Positions 51,350 through 60,229 of a stretch of DNA of 64,000 bases are shown here, in pieces. This DNA is from Candidatus Sericytochromatia bacterium (GTDB lineage: Bacteria > Cyanobacteriota > Sericytochromatia > S15B-MN24 > UBA4093): the NCBI GenBank assembly GCA_036676985.1, contig JAKFBU010000026.1, forward strand, positions 128,001 through 192,000. Direction: 5' to 3'. Numbering within the stretch: position 1 is the stretch's first letter; the number at the start of each line of letters is the position of its first letter. A program made the position numbers and the translations under genes. Under the pieces are notes generated by a model, which worked only from the letters and a program-made list of their open reading frames with translations, had not been told where the DNA came from and ran no database searches.

Positions 51350-52720
51350 TTACCGGCCGATGCCGGAATACGCGAACCCGGCGGCCTGGGCCGCCTCCGG
51401 CAAGAGCGCATTACGTCCGTCGAGCAGGAAGGGCGTTCGGACCACCCCCCTCAGCCGTGCGAGGTCGAGGGTCGTGAACTCGGGCCACTCGGTGGCGATG
51501 ACCACGGCGTCGGCCCCGGTCGATGCCTGGTAGGGACAGGGAAAGGTCAACAGCGCCGGCAGCTGGGCCTTGGCGGCCTCTCCGGCCACCGGGTCGTACG
51601 CCCGGACCTTGGCCCCCAGGCGGATGAGCTGCATGGCGAGCGTCATGGCGGGCGCATCGCGCAGGTCGTCGGTGTGGGGCTTGAACGAGAGCCCCAAGAG
51701 GGTGATGGTCTTGCCCTTGAGGACCTTGAGCTGGTGCTGGAGCTTGGCGAGCGCGAAGTGGCGCTGGCGCAGGTTGGTCTCCTGCACGGACTTGAGGAGC
51801 TGGGCGTCGTAGCCGTACTCCTTGGCGATGTGGATCAGGGCCGAGACGTCCTTGGGGAAGCAGCTGCCGCCCCAGCCGAGCCCGGCGTTGAGGAACTGGG
51901 TGCCGATCCGGGCGTCGAGCCCCATGCCGAGGGCCACACGGGTCATGTCGGCGCCCACCCGCTCGCAGAGGTTCGCGATCTCGTTGGCAAAGGAGATCTT
52001 GGCGGCGAGAAAGGCGTTGGCCGCGTACTTGATCATCTCGGCCGAGGTGAGGTCCGTGACGACAAACGGGATCTCGGGGCCGCCCTCGGGCAGCTGGCCC
52101 GGCAGATGGCGCCGGATGATGGGCTCGTAGAGCTCGCGCATGAGCGCCACGGCCCGGGAGCTCTGGCTGCCCACCACGATCCGGTCCGGGAAGAAGGTGT
52201 CGTGGATGGCGGAGCCCTCGCGCAGAAACTCCGGGTTGGAGACCACGTCGAAGGGCGCGTCCTGGAGGGCGAGGCCGCCGCCCGCCGTGGCGAGCTGCAT
52301 GGCGCCCATGCCGTCCTGGACGAGCATGGCCACCCAGTCGCCCGAGCCCACGGGCACCGTGCTCTTGTTGACGATGACCTTGTAGCCGTTGAGGGCACCA
52401 CCGATGGCACGGGCCACGGCCTCGACGGCCGAGAGGTCCGGCTCGCCCGAAGGCATGGCGGGCGTGCCCACGGTGATGAAGACGATCTCGGAGCGCTGGA
52501 CCGCCTGGTGGAGGTCCGTGGTGAACGCGAGGTGACCGGTGAGGCTGTGGATGCCTACGAGTTCCTCGAGCCCAGGTTCGTAGATGGGGATCTGACCCTG
52601 TTCCAATCGGGCGATCTTGGTCTGGTCGTTGTCGACGCAAACGACGTCGTGGCCGATTTCCGCGAGGCAGGCTCCCGTTACCAGCCCAACGTAACCGGTC
52701 CCGATCACACAAACGTGCAT
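51350..52720 (-). CDS. ugd: UDP-glucose 6-dehydrogenase
   Basis: GTGYVG, KSTVP, SNPEFLREG, GGSCFPKD, FKPHTDDLR, DGRN. Confidence 0.95.
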   Translation of the reverse strand: MHVCVIGTGYVGLVTGACLAEIGHDVVCVDNDQTKIARLEQGQIPIYEPGLEELVGIHSLTGHLAFTTDLHQAVQRSEIVFITVGTPAMPSGEPDLSAVEAVARAIGGALNGYKVIVNKSTVPVGSGDWVAMLVQDGMGAMQLATAGGGLALQDAPFDVVSNPEFLREGSAIHDTFFPDRIVVGSQSSRAVALMRELYEPIIRRHLPGQLPEGGPEIPFVVTDLTSAEMIKYAANAFLAAKISFANEIANLCERVGADMTRVALGMGLDARIGTQFLNAGLGWGGSCFPKDVSALIHIAKEYGYDAQLLKSVQETNLRQRHFALAKLQHQLKVLKGKTITLLGLSFKPHTDDLRDAPAMTLAMQLIRLGAKVRAYDPVAGEAAKAQLPALLTFPCPYQASTGADAVVIATEWPEFTTLDLARLRGVVRTPFLLDGRNALLPEAAQAAGFAYSGIGR

Positions 52721-52890
52721 GTCGGCCTCCGCATGACGAGCGAGGGGGGATGTCCGGGGCAATGTTGCGGGGCATGATGGGTCAAACGTTACAATAATTC
52801 ACGTTGCGGGCGATCGGCGTGAGCGCCTAAAGATCCGGTGCGTCTCGTCCATGCCCCTTGCGGCACGCGGCTCGGCCGGAGGACCCTCGC

Positions 52891-52919
52891 TTGACCGGCT
52901 GCCCCGGCGCCCGTAGGAT
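52891..52919 (+). promoter_or_regulatory. sigma70 promoter for thrB-lysC
   Basis: TTGACC-N17-TAGGAT. Confidence 0.65.
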
Positions 52920-52955
52920 CGAGGCCGCTTTGCCTGCTTTCTGGAGGGGGCCCGC

Positions 52956-53879
52956 TTGAACGCGTTCGAGATCTTCGTCCCGGCCACCTCGGCCAACCTG
53001 GGCCCCGGCTTCGACTGCATGGGCCTCGCCCTGCCCTTCGGCAGCCGCTTCCGGGTGCAGGTGGCCCCAGATGGCCGATCCTCGTACCGCATGGACGGCG
53101 TGGAGTCCGACCTGCCTCCCGAGCGCAACCTGTTTCTCGTGGCGGCCCAGCGCATGGCCGACGTGTTGCACGCGGAGCTGCCCGCCCTGGACGTCGCGGT
53201 CCAGTCGGAGATCCCGCTGGCGCGCGGCCTCGGCTCGAGCGCGAGTGCGGTGGTCGCGGGCCTCAAGGCGGTGGACCACCTGTTTTCGGCGCGCTGGGAC
53301 CAGAGCGACTTCCTGCGACTCGCCACCGAGCTCGAGGGCCATCCCGACAACGTGGCCCCGGCCATCTACGGGGGGCTGTGCGTGGCCGTGGGAGGCCGTG
53401 AGGGCCCGATCTGCGCCCCCCTCCCCCTGCACGAGCCGCCGAGCCTGGTGGTGGCGATCCCCGAGTTCGAACTTTCGACCGCAAAGGCCCGCGCTGCCTT
53501 GCCCGCCGTTGTATCTCTGCAGGATGCGGTCTATAATGTGGGGCGCGCAGCCCTGTTGACTGCCGCTTTGGTTTCGGGGTGGCGCGAGTGCTTGCCCGAA
53601 GCCCTCTCGGATCGCCTCCACCAACCCTACCGCGAGGCCCTCATCCCCGGCATGCCGCAGGTGGTCGCTGCGGCCAAGGCGGCGGGCGCCTGGGGCGTCA
53701 CGCTCTCGGGGGCGGGGCCGACCTTGCTGGCCTGGTGTCGTGAGGACGTCCGGGAACAAGTGGCGGAAGGCATGGTGGCTGCTTGGGCCGGGGCCGGCAT
53801 CGCGGCCTATGCCCGGGCGGCGGACATCAGTCGACGCGGCATGACCATAGGTCCGGCCTCCGGGTCGGCAAGAGGATAG
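52956..53879 (+). CDS. thrB: Homoserine kinase
   Basis: VPATSANLGPGFD, IPLARGLGSSA, EGHPDN, LSGAGPT. Confidence 0.97.
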   Translation: MNAFEIFVPATSANLGPGFDCMGLALPFGSRFRVQVAPDGRSSYRMDGVESDLPPERNLFLVAAQRMADVLHAELPALDVAVQSEIPLARGLGSSASAVVAGLKAVDHLFSARWDQSDFLRLATELEGHPDNVAPAIYGGLCVAVGGREGPICAPLPLHEPPSLVVAIPEFELSTAKARAALPAVVSLQDAVYNVGRAALLTAALVSGWRECLPEALSDRLHQPYREALIPGMPQVVAAAKAAGAWGVTLSGAGPTLLAWCREDVREQVAEGMVAAWAGAGIAAYARAADISRRGMTIGPASGSARG

Positions 53880-53881
53880 CC

Positions 53882-55126
53882 ATGGCATTGATCGTTCAAA
53901 AGTTCGGCGGCTCGTCGGTCGGCGACGTCGAGCGGATCCGCAACGTGGCCCGGCGCGTGGCCCAGACCCGGCGCGAGGGCAACGACGTGGTCGTCGTCGT
54001 CTCGGCGATGGGCAAGACCACCGACGGCCTCGTGAAGCTCATGAGCGACATCTCGGCGGACCCCAACCCCCGCGAGGTCGACATGCTGCTCGCCACCGGC
54101 GAGCAGGTCTCCATCGCCCTGCTGGCCCAGGCGCTCATGGAGCTCGGCGTGCCTGCTGTTAGCCTGACGGGCTGGCAGGCCGGCATCGTCACGGATCCCG
54201 TGCACAAGAACGCCCCCATCAAGCGCATCGACACCACCAAGCTCAAGGAGCTCCTGGGCCAGGGCTACGTGGTCGTGGTCGCGGGCTTCCAGGGGGCGAC
54301 GGAGGCGGGCGCCATCACGACCCTGGGCCGCGGGGGCTCGGACACGACGGCCGTGGCCCTGGCTGCTGCCCTCAAGGCCGACTTCTGCGACATCTTCACG
54401 GACGTGGACGGGGTCTACACCGCCGACCCGCGGGTGGTGCCCCAGGCGCGCATGCATGCCGAGATCTCGTACGACGAGATGCTCGAGCTCGCGAGCCTCG
54501 GCGCCAAGGTCCTGCATCCGCGATCGGTCGAGTACGCCAAGCATGCCAACCTGTTCCTGCGGGTCCGCTCGAGCTTCAACGAGGGATACGGGACGGTGGT
54601 CAAGGGAGTGGAACAGTTGGAAAAGCAGAACCCGGTCAGCGGGGTGGCCGCCGACCTCAAGCAAGCCAAGCTCGCCGTGCTGCGCGTCCCCGATCGCCCG
54701 GGGGTGGCGGCCCAGCTCTTCAACGCGCTGGCAAGCAAGCACATCGACGTGGACATGATCATCCAGAGCGCGCACGCTCAGGACACCAACGACATCGCCT
54801 TCACCGTGAGCGAGGATGACCTCGGCCGCGCCAAGCAGGTGGTCAACGAGGTGGCCGACGCGCTGGGGGCCGCGGGCGTCATCGCCGCGGGTGGGGTGGC
54901 CAAGGTCTCGATCGTGGGGGCCGGCATGATCAACCATCCCGGCACGGCGGCGACCATGTTCGCGGCCCTGGCCGACGCGGGCATCAACATCCATATGATC
55001 TCGACCTCCGAGATCAAGGTCTCGTGCGTCATCGACCGCGAGCAGGCCAACGAGGCCGTGCGCGTCATCCACGAGCGCTTCGCCCTGGACGCGGAGAACG
55101 CTCCGGTCGTGACGGGACAGAGCTAA
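53882..55126 (+). CDS. lysC: Aspartate kinase (alpha2beta2 type, two ACT domains)
   Basis: VQKFGGSSV, TLGRGGSDTTA, TDVDG, STSEIK. Confidence 0.97.
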   Translation: MALIVQKFGGSSVGDVERIRNVARRVAQTRREGNDVVVVVSAMGKTTDGLVKLMSDISADPNPREVDMLLATGEQVSIALLAQALMELGVPAVSLTGWQAGIVTDPVHKNAPIKRIDTTKLKELLGQGYVVVVAGFQGATEAGAITTLGRGGSDTTAVALAAALKADFCDIFTDVDGVYTADPRVVPQARMHAEISYDEMLELASLGAKVLHPRSVEYAKHANLFLRVRSSFNEGYGTVVKGVEQLEKQNPVSGVAADLKQAKLAVLRVPDRPGVAAQLFNALASKHIDVDMIIQSAHAQDTNDIAFTVSEDDLGRAKQVVNEVADALGAAGVIAAGGVAKVSIVGAGMINHPGTAATMFAALADAGINIHMISTSEIKVSCVIDREQANEAVRVIHERFALDAENAPVVTGQS

Positions 55127-55128
55127 AG

Positions 55129-55158
55129 CTTAAGTCGCACTTAATCGGGGCTTAAGAA
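55129..55158. promoter_or_regulatory. Three CTTAA direct repeats with 11-bp period (OmpR/PhoB-type box)
   Basis: CTTAAG 55129, CTTAAT 55140, CTTAAG 55151, just upstream of TTGACC at 55165. Confidence 0.5.
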
Positions 55159-55219
55159 CCTCCCTTGACCACTCCCGGGATAACGGGAGTGGTTAAGCTT
55201 TCTTTAGGAGGTGCATGGG

Positions 55220-56296
55220 ATGAAGTCCCTTCGTCATATGGCCCTGGCGCTGGCGGCGGCGGTGGCGCTCGCAGGCTGCGGCGCGAGCCCCGCGACCCCG
55301 AACGTGAACCGGCAGGCGTCCCAGCAGGTGGATGCCCAGAGCCAGGAGGGCCTCAAGGCGGCCCTGAAGGTGTACCTCACCAACCTCTACCGGCGCCTCG
55401 ATCAGAATGGGGACGGCAAGCTCACGCAGGCGGAGGCGTCGGCCTTCTTCACGCCGGAGCAGTTCGCGAACCTGAACCTCAACGGCAACCCGTACCTGAC
55501 GTTGAACGAGCTGCTCAACAACCGGACGTTCTTGACCAAGGCGATCGCGAAGCTGCGCGACTACGCCAAGGAGACGATGGCCCTTCTCGACGGGAACCAG
55601 GACGGCCGGGTCTCGTGGCCCGAGTACCTGGCGTCGATCAACGCGAACGCGACCATCACGACCGGCGAGAAGACCTACGCCCAGCTGGCCTTCAACCTCT
55701 CGGACCGCAACCATGACGGTTACCTCGTGCTCGACGAGTACGAGGACATGGTGAGCATGGCGCAGGCCCAGGCGGCAGGCACGGCCGCGACGATCATGGA
55801 CGCCTTCGGCAAGGCGCAGGCGCACGTGGCCGCGAAGTACGGTGCGGGACTCATTCCCATGGGGCTCTCGGTGCGGTGGATGAACAAGTACGGGCAGTTC
55901 ACCCGCGACGAGGGGGCCTACGGCTTCATCTACTGGAGCCCGCTCGAGGGTCAGGGGAACCGGTACAACGAGATCCTGGTCAAGGTCTACCAGGACAAGG
56001 AGCCCGCGTCGGCGCGCGACGTGAAGGCCGTGCACACGGTGGACGCTCCGCCCGCGGCCATCGACTACGGCAAGCTGATCACCCCGACGCAGGCCATCGA
56101 AGCGGCTTTGAAGGCGGGGGTGCCCACGGTGGGCGATCGCACGAGCTACTTCATCCAGTACGTGGCGGCTTCGGGGGGCATGCCGGATCGGATCTACGTG
56201 GATTCGTACCAGGTGCTGTCGAGCGGGGACAACCGCCTGGGCGGCATCACGCTGGAGGCCGCGACCGGGGCGGCGATGAGCGCGGTGACGAAGTAA
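55220..56296 (+). CDS. Lipoprotein with four EF-hand loops and C-terminal PepSY-like region
   Basis: LAGC lipobox; DQNGDGKLTQAE, NLNGNPYLTLNE, DGNQDGRVSWPE, DRNHDGYLVLDE. Confidence 0.85.
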   Translation: MKSLRHMALALAAAVALAGCGASPATPNVNRQASQQVDAQSQEGLKAALKVYLTNLYRRLDQNGDGKLTQAEASAFFTPEQFANLNLNGNPYLTLNELLNNRTFLTKAIAKLRDYAKETMALLDGNQDGRVSWPEYLASINANATITTGEKTYAQLAFNLSDRNHDGYLVLDEYEDMVSMAQAQAAGTAATIMDAFGKAQAHVAAKYGAGLIPMGLSVRWMNKYGQFTRDEGAYGFIYWSPLEGQGNRYNEILVKVYQDKEPASARDVKAVHTVDAPPAAIDYGKLITPTQAIEAALKAGVPTVGDRTSYFIQYVAASGGMPDRIYVDSYQVLSSGDNRLGGITLEAATGAAMSAVTK

Positions 56297-56308
56297 CGAT
56301 TATGGTCG

Positions 56309-56345
56309 AGGCCCTCCGGCGATTGCCGGAGGGCCTGTTTTTTTT
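56309..56345 (+). terminator. Intrinsic terminator
   Basis: AGGCCCTCCGGC-GATT-GCCGGAGGGCCT-G-T8. Confidence 0.9.
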
Positions 56346-56347
56346 CT

Positions 56348-56535
56348 AAGGAGGACCCCTCCGGCCCCCCCTCTAGAGGGGGGGAGGGGTCATGGGTGGG
56401 GGAGAGCAGGGCTACTCCTTAGGATCTCGGGTGAAACTTCCCCTCCCGCGGGCTTCGCCTTAGGATCTTGGGTGAAACTTCCGCTCCCGCGGACTTCCCC
56501 CCCTCTAGAGGGGGGGCTAGGGGGGGTACCTCCTT
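56348..56535. repeat. REPIN/MITE-like element with two C7-TCTAGA-G7 palindromes and an internal 41-bp tandem duplication
   Basis: Ends AAGGAGG.../...CCTCCTT are inverted; palindromes at 56365-56384 and 56497-56516; 56417-56457 vs 56458-56498 are 37/41 identical. Confidence 0.75.
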
Positions 56536-56544
56536 GTTCCCTAC

Positions 56545-57075
56545 CTAGCGTCCGGCCCGCTGGTCCACGATCGGCGCGAAGGTCACGGGCTTGTCCGACC
56601 GCGCCATCGCCACGTAGTGCGTCGGATAGCCGATGTCGTCCGTCACCGCGGCGTCGCTCGCCGGCAGCCGGCGCACGGCATGCACCACGAAGCGACTGGG
56701 CTCTTCCTCGATGGAGACGATCTCCACGCGGATGGCCCCGGTGGGCTGCGCCCCCAGCTGCACCAGCACGCCCTGCTCCCGCGCGAAGTCCAGCTGGATG
56801 GTCCCCGGGTCGTTGTGGGGATGCCGCGAGAGGAAGCCTTCCCAGTCGGCCTGCGAGCGGATCACCGCGTTCTCGGCTGCACCGTCGTACATGATGTGCA
56901 CGCCCTGCAAGACCGTCCGGAACGGCACCGCCTGGGTGGCGTAGGGCTTTGTCGCCGGCGTCGGAGAGGTCACGGCCGCGGGGTTCGCGGACTCACGGCT
57001 CGCGGCCTGATCCTTCTGGTGGTGACAGCCCGCGATCGCAAGGGCCAGCAGGACGAACAGCATGGGATGCGGCAT
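56545..57075 (-). CDS. Lipoprotein with PrcB C-terminal-like domain
   Basis: IAGC lipobox; LDF...V.LG.QPTG...V.I, TDDIGYPTHYV. Confidence 0.75.
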   Translation of the reverse strand: MPHPMLFVLLALAIAGCHHQKDQAASRESANPAAVTSPTPATKPYATQAVPFRTVLQGVHIMYDGAAENAVIRSQADWEGFLSRHPHNDPGTIQLDFAREQGVLVQLGAQPTGAIRVEIVSIEEEPSRFVVHAVRRLPASDAAVTDDIGYPTHYVAMARSDKPVTFAPIVDQRAGR

Positions 57076-57145
57076 CGGAAACCCTCCTCTCGAGGTCCCT
57101 CGATCATGCCACAGGCGTCGCTTGTTCGGCTTGGGCCCCGCAACC

Positions 57146-57173
57146 AAAAAGTGCCCGGCATTCGCCGGGCACT
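57146..57173 (-). terminator. Intrinsic terminator
   Basis: AGTGCCCGGC/GCCGGGCACT stem with A5 on the plus strand. Confidence 0.8.
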
Positions 57174-57192
57174 CGCAGGTCGTCGGGAGGCG

Positions 57193-57699
57193 CTACCACT
57201 CCAGCATGACGCCGACGGTGCCGCCCGGCTCCAGGGTCGGCGAGCGGCGGTTCGAGTGGAACGACAGCGTGTAGCCCAGGCCGAAGTTGATCGAGAGGTT
57301 CTCGCCCCAGAACCAATCCACGCCGCCGCCGACGGGGATGCCCAGGTCCATGCCGCTGGCGCCGTAGGTGCTGCCGTACATGGCGGCACCCACCCCGGAG
57401 AGGGCGTAGGCCCGCAGGTTGCCGTTGCGGAACAGCTCCTTCATGACCTGACCGCCCGGGTTGAAGAAGTAGTAGTCCGTCAGGACGAGAGGGAACGCCG
57501 CGACCTGGAAGCCCCAGCCGTTATCCAGCCAGCGCCGGTAGGCAAAGCCCGAGCCCGAGAGCCAGGACATCTGGATGCCCACCCCCTGGGTGCCGGCCTT
57601 GGTCTGCCCGGGCGTCTGGGCGGGCACCTGGGCATAGGCGGGCAAGGTCGTTCCAGCGAGCAGAGCGAGTGTTGCGGCGGTCAAAAGGCTGCGTTTCAT
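57193..57699 (-). CDS. Small outer-membrane beta-barrel protein (hypothetical)
   Basis: Signal peptide (AYA), Gly/aromatic alternating strands, C-terminal Trp. Confidence 0.75.
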   Translation of the reverse strand: MKRSLLTAATLALLAGTTLPAYAQVPAQTPGQTKAGTQGVGIQMSWLSGSGFAYRRWLDNGWGFQVAAFPLVLTDYYFFNPGGQVMKELFRNGNLRAYALSGVGAAMYGSTYGASGMDLGIPVGGGVDWFWGENLSINFGLGYTLSFHSNRRSPTLEPGGTVGVMLEW

Positions 57700-57766
57700 G
57701 GGGTTCTCCTCGTGACAAAGGGCCTGTGCCCTGCTTGTACCCAGAACCCTTGCTCGGTAACGCGCC

Positions 57767-58687
57767 CTAGAAGGGCACCGCGTCGTTCACCGTCGCCTGC
57801 ACCACGCGCACGATCTCGTCCACCGCCTCGCGGCGGTCGGCGATGCCCATGACGCGCAGCTCGGAGACCAGACCCTCGAGTCTCGTGCGCCAGTCCTCGT
57901 GGGAGAGCGTCATCTCCGGAGCACGCTCGGCGGCCACCACCGTCGCGTAGGCCGCGGCGTTCTGCGTGCCGGGCAGCTGGCCCGAGCCCTTGAAGGCCGG
58001 CTCCGGCATGGGGTCGTAGGCCGGGCCGATCTTGGGGGGGATGCCCAGGGCCTCGTTCACCGCCGCGTTGAGCTTCTTGGTGGGCACGGTGTTGAGCTCG
58101 AACTCCTCGTCGAGCCCGCTGTCGTTCTTGAGCGTGATGCGGCCCGTCTCGAGCACCTTGCGGTGGACCTCAGGATCCGGCAGGCGCGAGATCTGCGCGA
58201 GCTTGGAGATCTGGAGATCCTGCGCGGCAGGAGTCTGATCCAGGTCCACGCCCGCCTTCTCGATGACCTCGCCGACCTTGGCGAGCTGGTAGATGAAGCT
58301 GCGGCTCATGCGCAGCTCCTTGCTCTTGATGTAGGCTTCGAAGGTGTCGTACCCGAGGTTGCGGTAGAGGGCCTGCGAGCGGATCCGGTGCACCAGCTGC
58401 GCGATCTTGGTGACGTGCTCCTGGAAGATCGTCAGGAGATCGTTGAGCTGCTCGTCCGCCTCCTTGGCCGGCGTGTCGTTGGCCGGATCGATGGGCGGCA
58501 GCTCGCGGCCGAAGGGCGCGGGCTTCTTGGCCGGCGTGGCCTCGACCTCGAAGGGATCGGGCATCGAAAACGGGTCGCCGAGCGCTTCCGGTGCTGCTTC
58601 CTCGGGCGCTTCGGGCTCCTGGGGAGTCTCCGAGCCTTCGGGGACCAGGTTGATGGTCTCGATTTCCAGCGCGTCGTCGTCAAGCAT
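57767..58687 (-). CDS. Hypothetical DNA-binding protein with plasmid-partition (Borrelia PFam49)/DUF3102-like HTH core
   Basis: IRSQALYRNLGYDTFEAYIKSKELRMSRSFIYQLAKV; acidic, Pro-rich N-terminus. Confidence 0.7.
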   Translation of the reverse strand: MLDDDALEIETINLVPEGSETPQEPEAPEEAAPEALGDPFSMPDPFEVEATPAKKPAPFGRELPPIDPANDTPAKEADEQLNDLLTIFQEHVTKIAQLVHRIRSQALYRNLGYDTFEAYIKSKELRMSRSFIYQLAKVGEVIEKAGVDLDQTPAAQDLQISKLAQISRLPDPEVHRKVLETGRITLKNDSGLDEEFELNTVPTKKLNAAVNEALGIPPKIGPAYDPMPEPAFKGSGQLPGTQNAAAYATVVAAERAPEMTLSHEDWRTRLEGLVSELRVMGIADRREAVDEIVRVVQATVNDAVPF

Positions 58688-58828
58688 CTAGGAGATCCTT
58701 CCAAGGTGGGGCTTTTCCGCCTCCATCTTAGGTTTTGACGCGCACTTCGGCAAGCTCTCCCACTTCCATGCGGCCCCATTGGCCTTTAGAATCGATCGCA
58801 TTCCTGCTTACTGGAAAGGCTGCTGCTG

Positions 58829-60229
58829 ATGACCACCGAGACCGCCCCCGCGATCGCCTCCTTGGAGGCGGAACACGACTACACCACCGAGATCGTTCCT
58901 CTCTCCGAACGCAAGGGCCCCCTCTTCATGGGCCTGCTCTGGATCACCATGGTGACTGGCCTGAGCACCCTGAGCCTGGGCGTGGGCTTCTACCAGAAGG
59001 GCCTCACGCTCATGCAGACCCTGCAGGGCTGCCTCGGCGGCGCCTTCATGCTGCTCGGCTACACGGCGGGTGCCGCCTACCTGGGCGCCAAGACGGGCCA
59101 GACCTACGCCCTGCTCACCCGCTCGATCTTCGGACGGCTGGGCTCCTACGTCGTCTCGGCCATCATGGTCGTGATCTCGCTCGGGTGGTTCGGCTTCCAG
59201 GCGGAGTTTTTGGCCAAGCTGCTGGATCCTCTGCTCGGCTTCGGCGGGCACCTGCTCGTGCCGACCATCGTCTGCGCCCTCCTGATGGGCGTCACCAACT
59301 ACTTCGGCTTCACGGGCGTGGCGGGCTACGCGCGCTTCGTGGCGGCGCCGGTCCTCCTGGTGCTCGTGCTCTACACGGTGGGCAAGGCCTTCGGCACCGC
59401 GCCCGCGGCCATCTTGTGGGGCCCCTCGACGGCTCCGGTGACGACCAGCGTGCTCGCGGCCGCCGGCGTCGTCATGGGCTTCGGGATCTGGGGCAACGAG
59501 CCCGACTTCTGGCGCTTCGGACGCCCGAAGTTCCACGAGCCGATCCTGCCCCTGGCGGTCGCCATGGCCCTCGGCCTGGTGCTCTTTCCCGCTGCGGGCT
59601 GGGCGCTCGCCGCCATCGGCGGCGCCACCGACGAGGGCTCGGCCGCGGCCTTCCTCACGCAGTTCGCCCTGGGCGGCATGAGCCTCTTGGCGGTGGCGGT
59701 CTTCGCCATCGCGCAGGTCAGCAACAACGACCCCAACCTCTATGAGGCCGTCAACGCCTTCGAGAACGTGACGCAGTGGCCCCGGCGCCCCGTCGTCATC
59801 CTCCTGTGGGTACTCGGCATCGCCACGGCCGTCCTGCTCAGCCGCCTCGCCGACGCCCTCTTCCTCGTCAGCGGCATCACCAGCGTGCTCGTGCCCACGG
59901 CCACCGTCATCATGCTGGCGGAGGTCTTCTGGGTGCCGCGGCTGTTCGGGATCCGCCGCCCGGTCGATCGGGTTCCGACCTGGCAGGAGACCGCCTGGGC
60001 CAACTGGCCCGCCATCGGGGCCCTCCTCGTCGGGGCCCTGGTCGGTGTCTACACCAACGGCACCTTCCCGGGCTTCGGGCCCGGCTTCGTGGGCATTCCC
60101 CCCCTGCAGGCCTGGGGCGCTGCGCTTGCGTGCTATCTGGTTGCGGTGGCCCTCCTCAAGCGTCGTGCGGGATGGCTGGGCCTCCCCGAGCGCTCCCTTC
60201 CCCCCTCGGGAGAGAGCGCCGCGGGCTAG
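58829..60229 (+). CDS. Purine-cytosine permease family (NCS1/CodB-like)
   Basis: DY...VP..ERK, G.KTG....L.R..FG..GS, GWFGFQ, PDFWRF, NN..NLY. Confidence 0.9.
   Translation: MTTETAPAIASLEAEHDYTTEIVPLSERKGPLFMGLLWITMVTGLSTLSLGVGFYQKGLTLMQTLQGCLGGAFMLLGYTAGAAYLGAKTGQTYALLTRSIFGRLGSYVVSAIMVVISLGWFGFQAEFLAKLLDPLLGFGGHLLVPTIVCALLMGVTNYFGFTGVAGYARFVAAPVLLVLVLYTVGKAFGTAPAAILWGPSTAPVTTSVLAAAGVVMGFGIWGNEPDFWRFGRPKFHEPILPLAVAMALGLVLFPAAGWALAAIGGATDEGSAAAFLTQFALGGMSLLAVAVFAIAQVSNNDPNLYEAVNAFENVTQWPRRPVVILLWVLGIATAVLLSRLADALFLVSGITSVLVPTATVIMLAEVFWVPRLFGIRRPVDRVPTWQETAWANWPAIGALLVGALVGVYTNGTFPGFGPGFVGIPPLQAWGAALACYLVAVALLKRRAGWLGLPERSLPPSGESAAG

Noticed and set aside
52783-52805. AAACGTTACAATAATTCACGTT as CRP/Zur/NtcA site upstream of ugd
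   Set aside because: Imperfect palindrome whose spacing fits none of these consensus sequences; more simply part of an AT-rich promoter.
52721-52955. Lysine riboswitch or thr attenuator before thrB-lysC
   Set aside because: The predicted promoter is only about 35 bp from the start, leaving no room; no Thr/Ile-rich leader peptide.
56417-56498. 41-bp direct repeats as a possible mini-CRISPR
   Set aside because: Only two copies, directly abutting with no spacer, and no cas genes.
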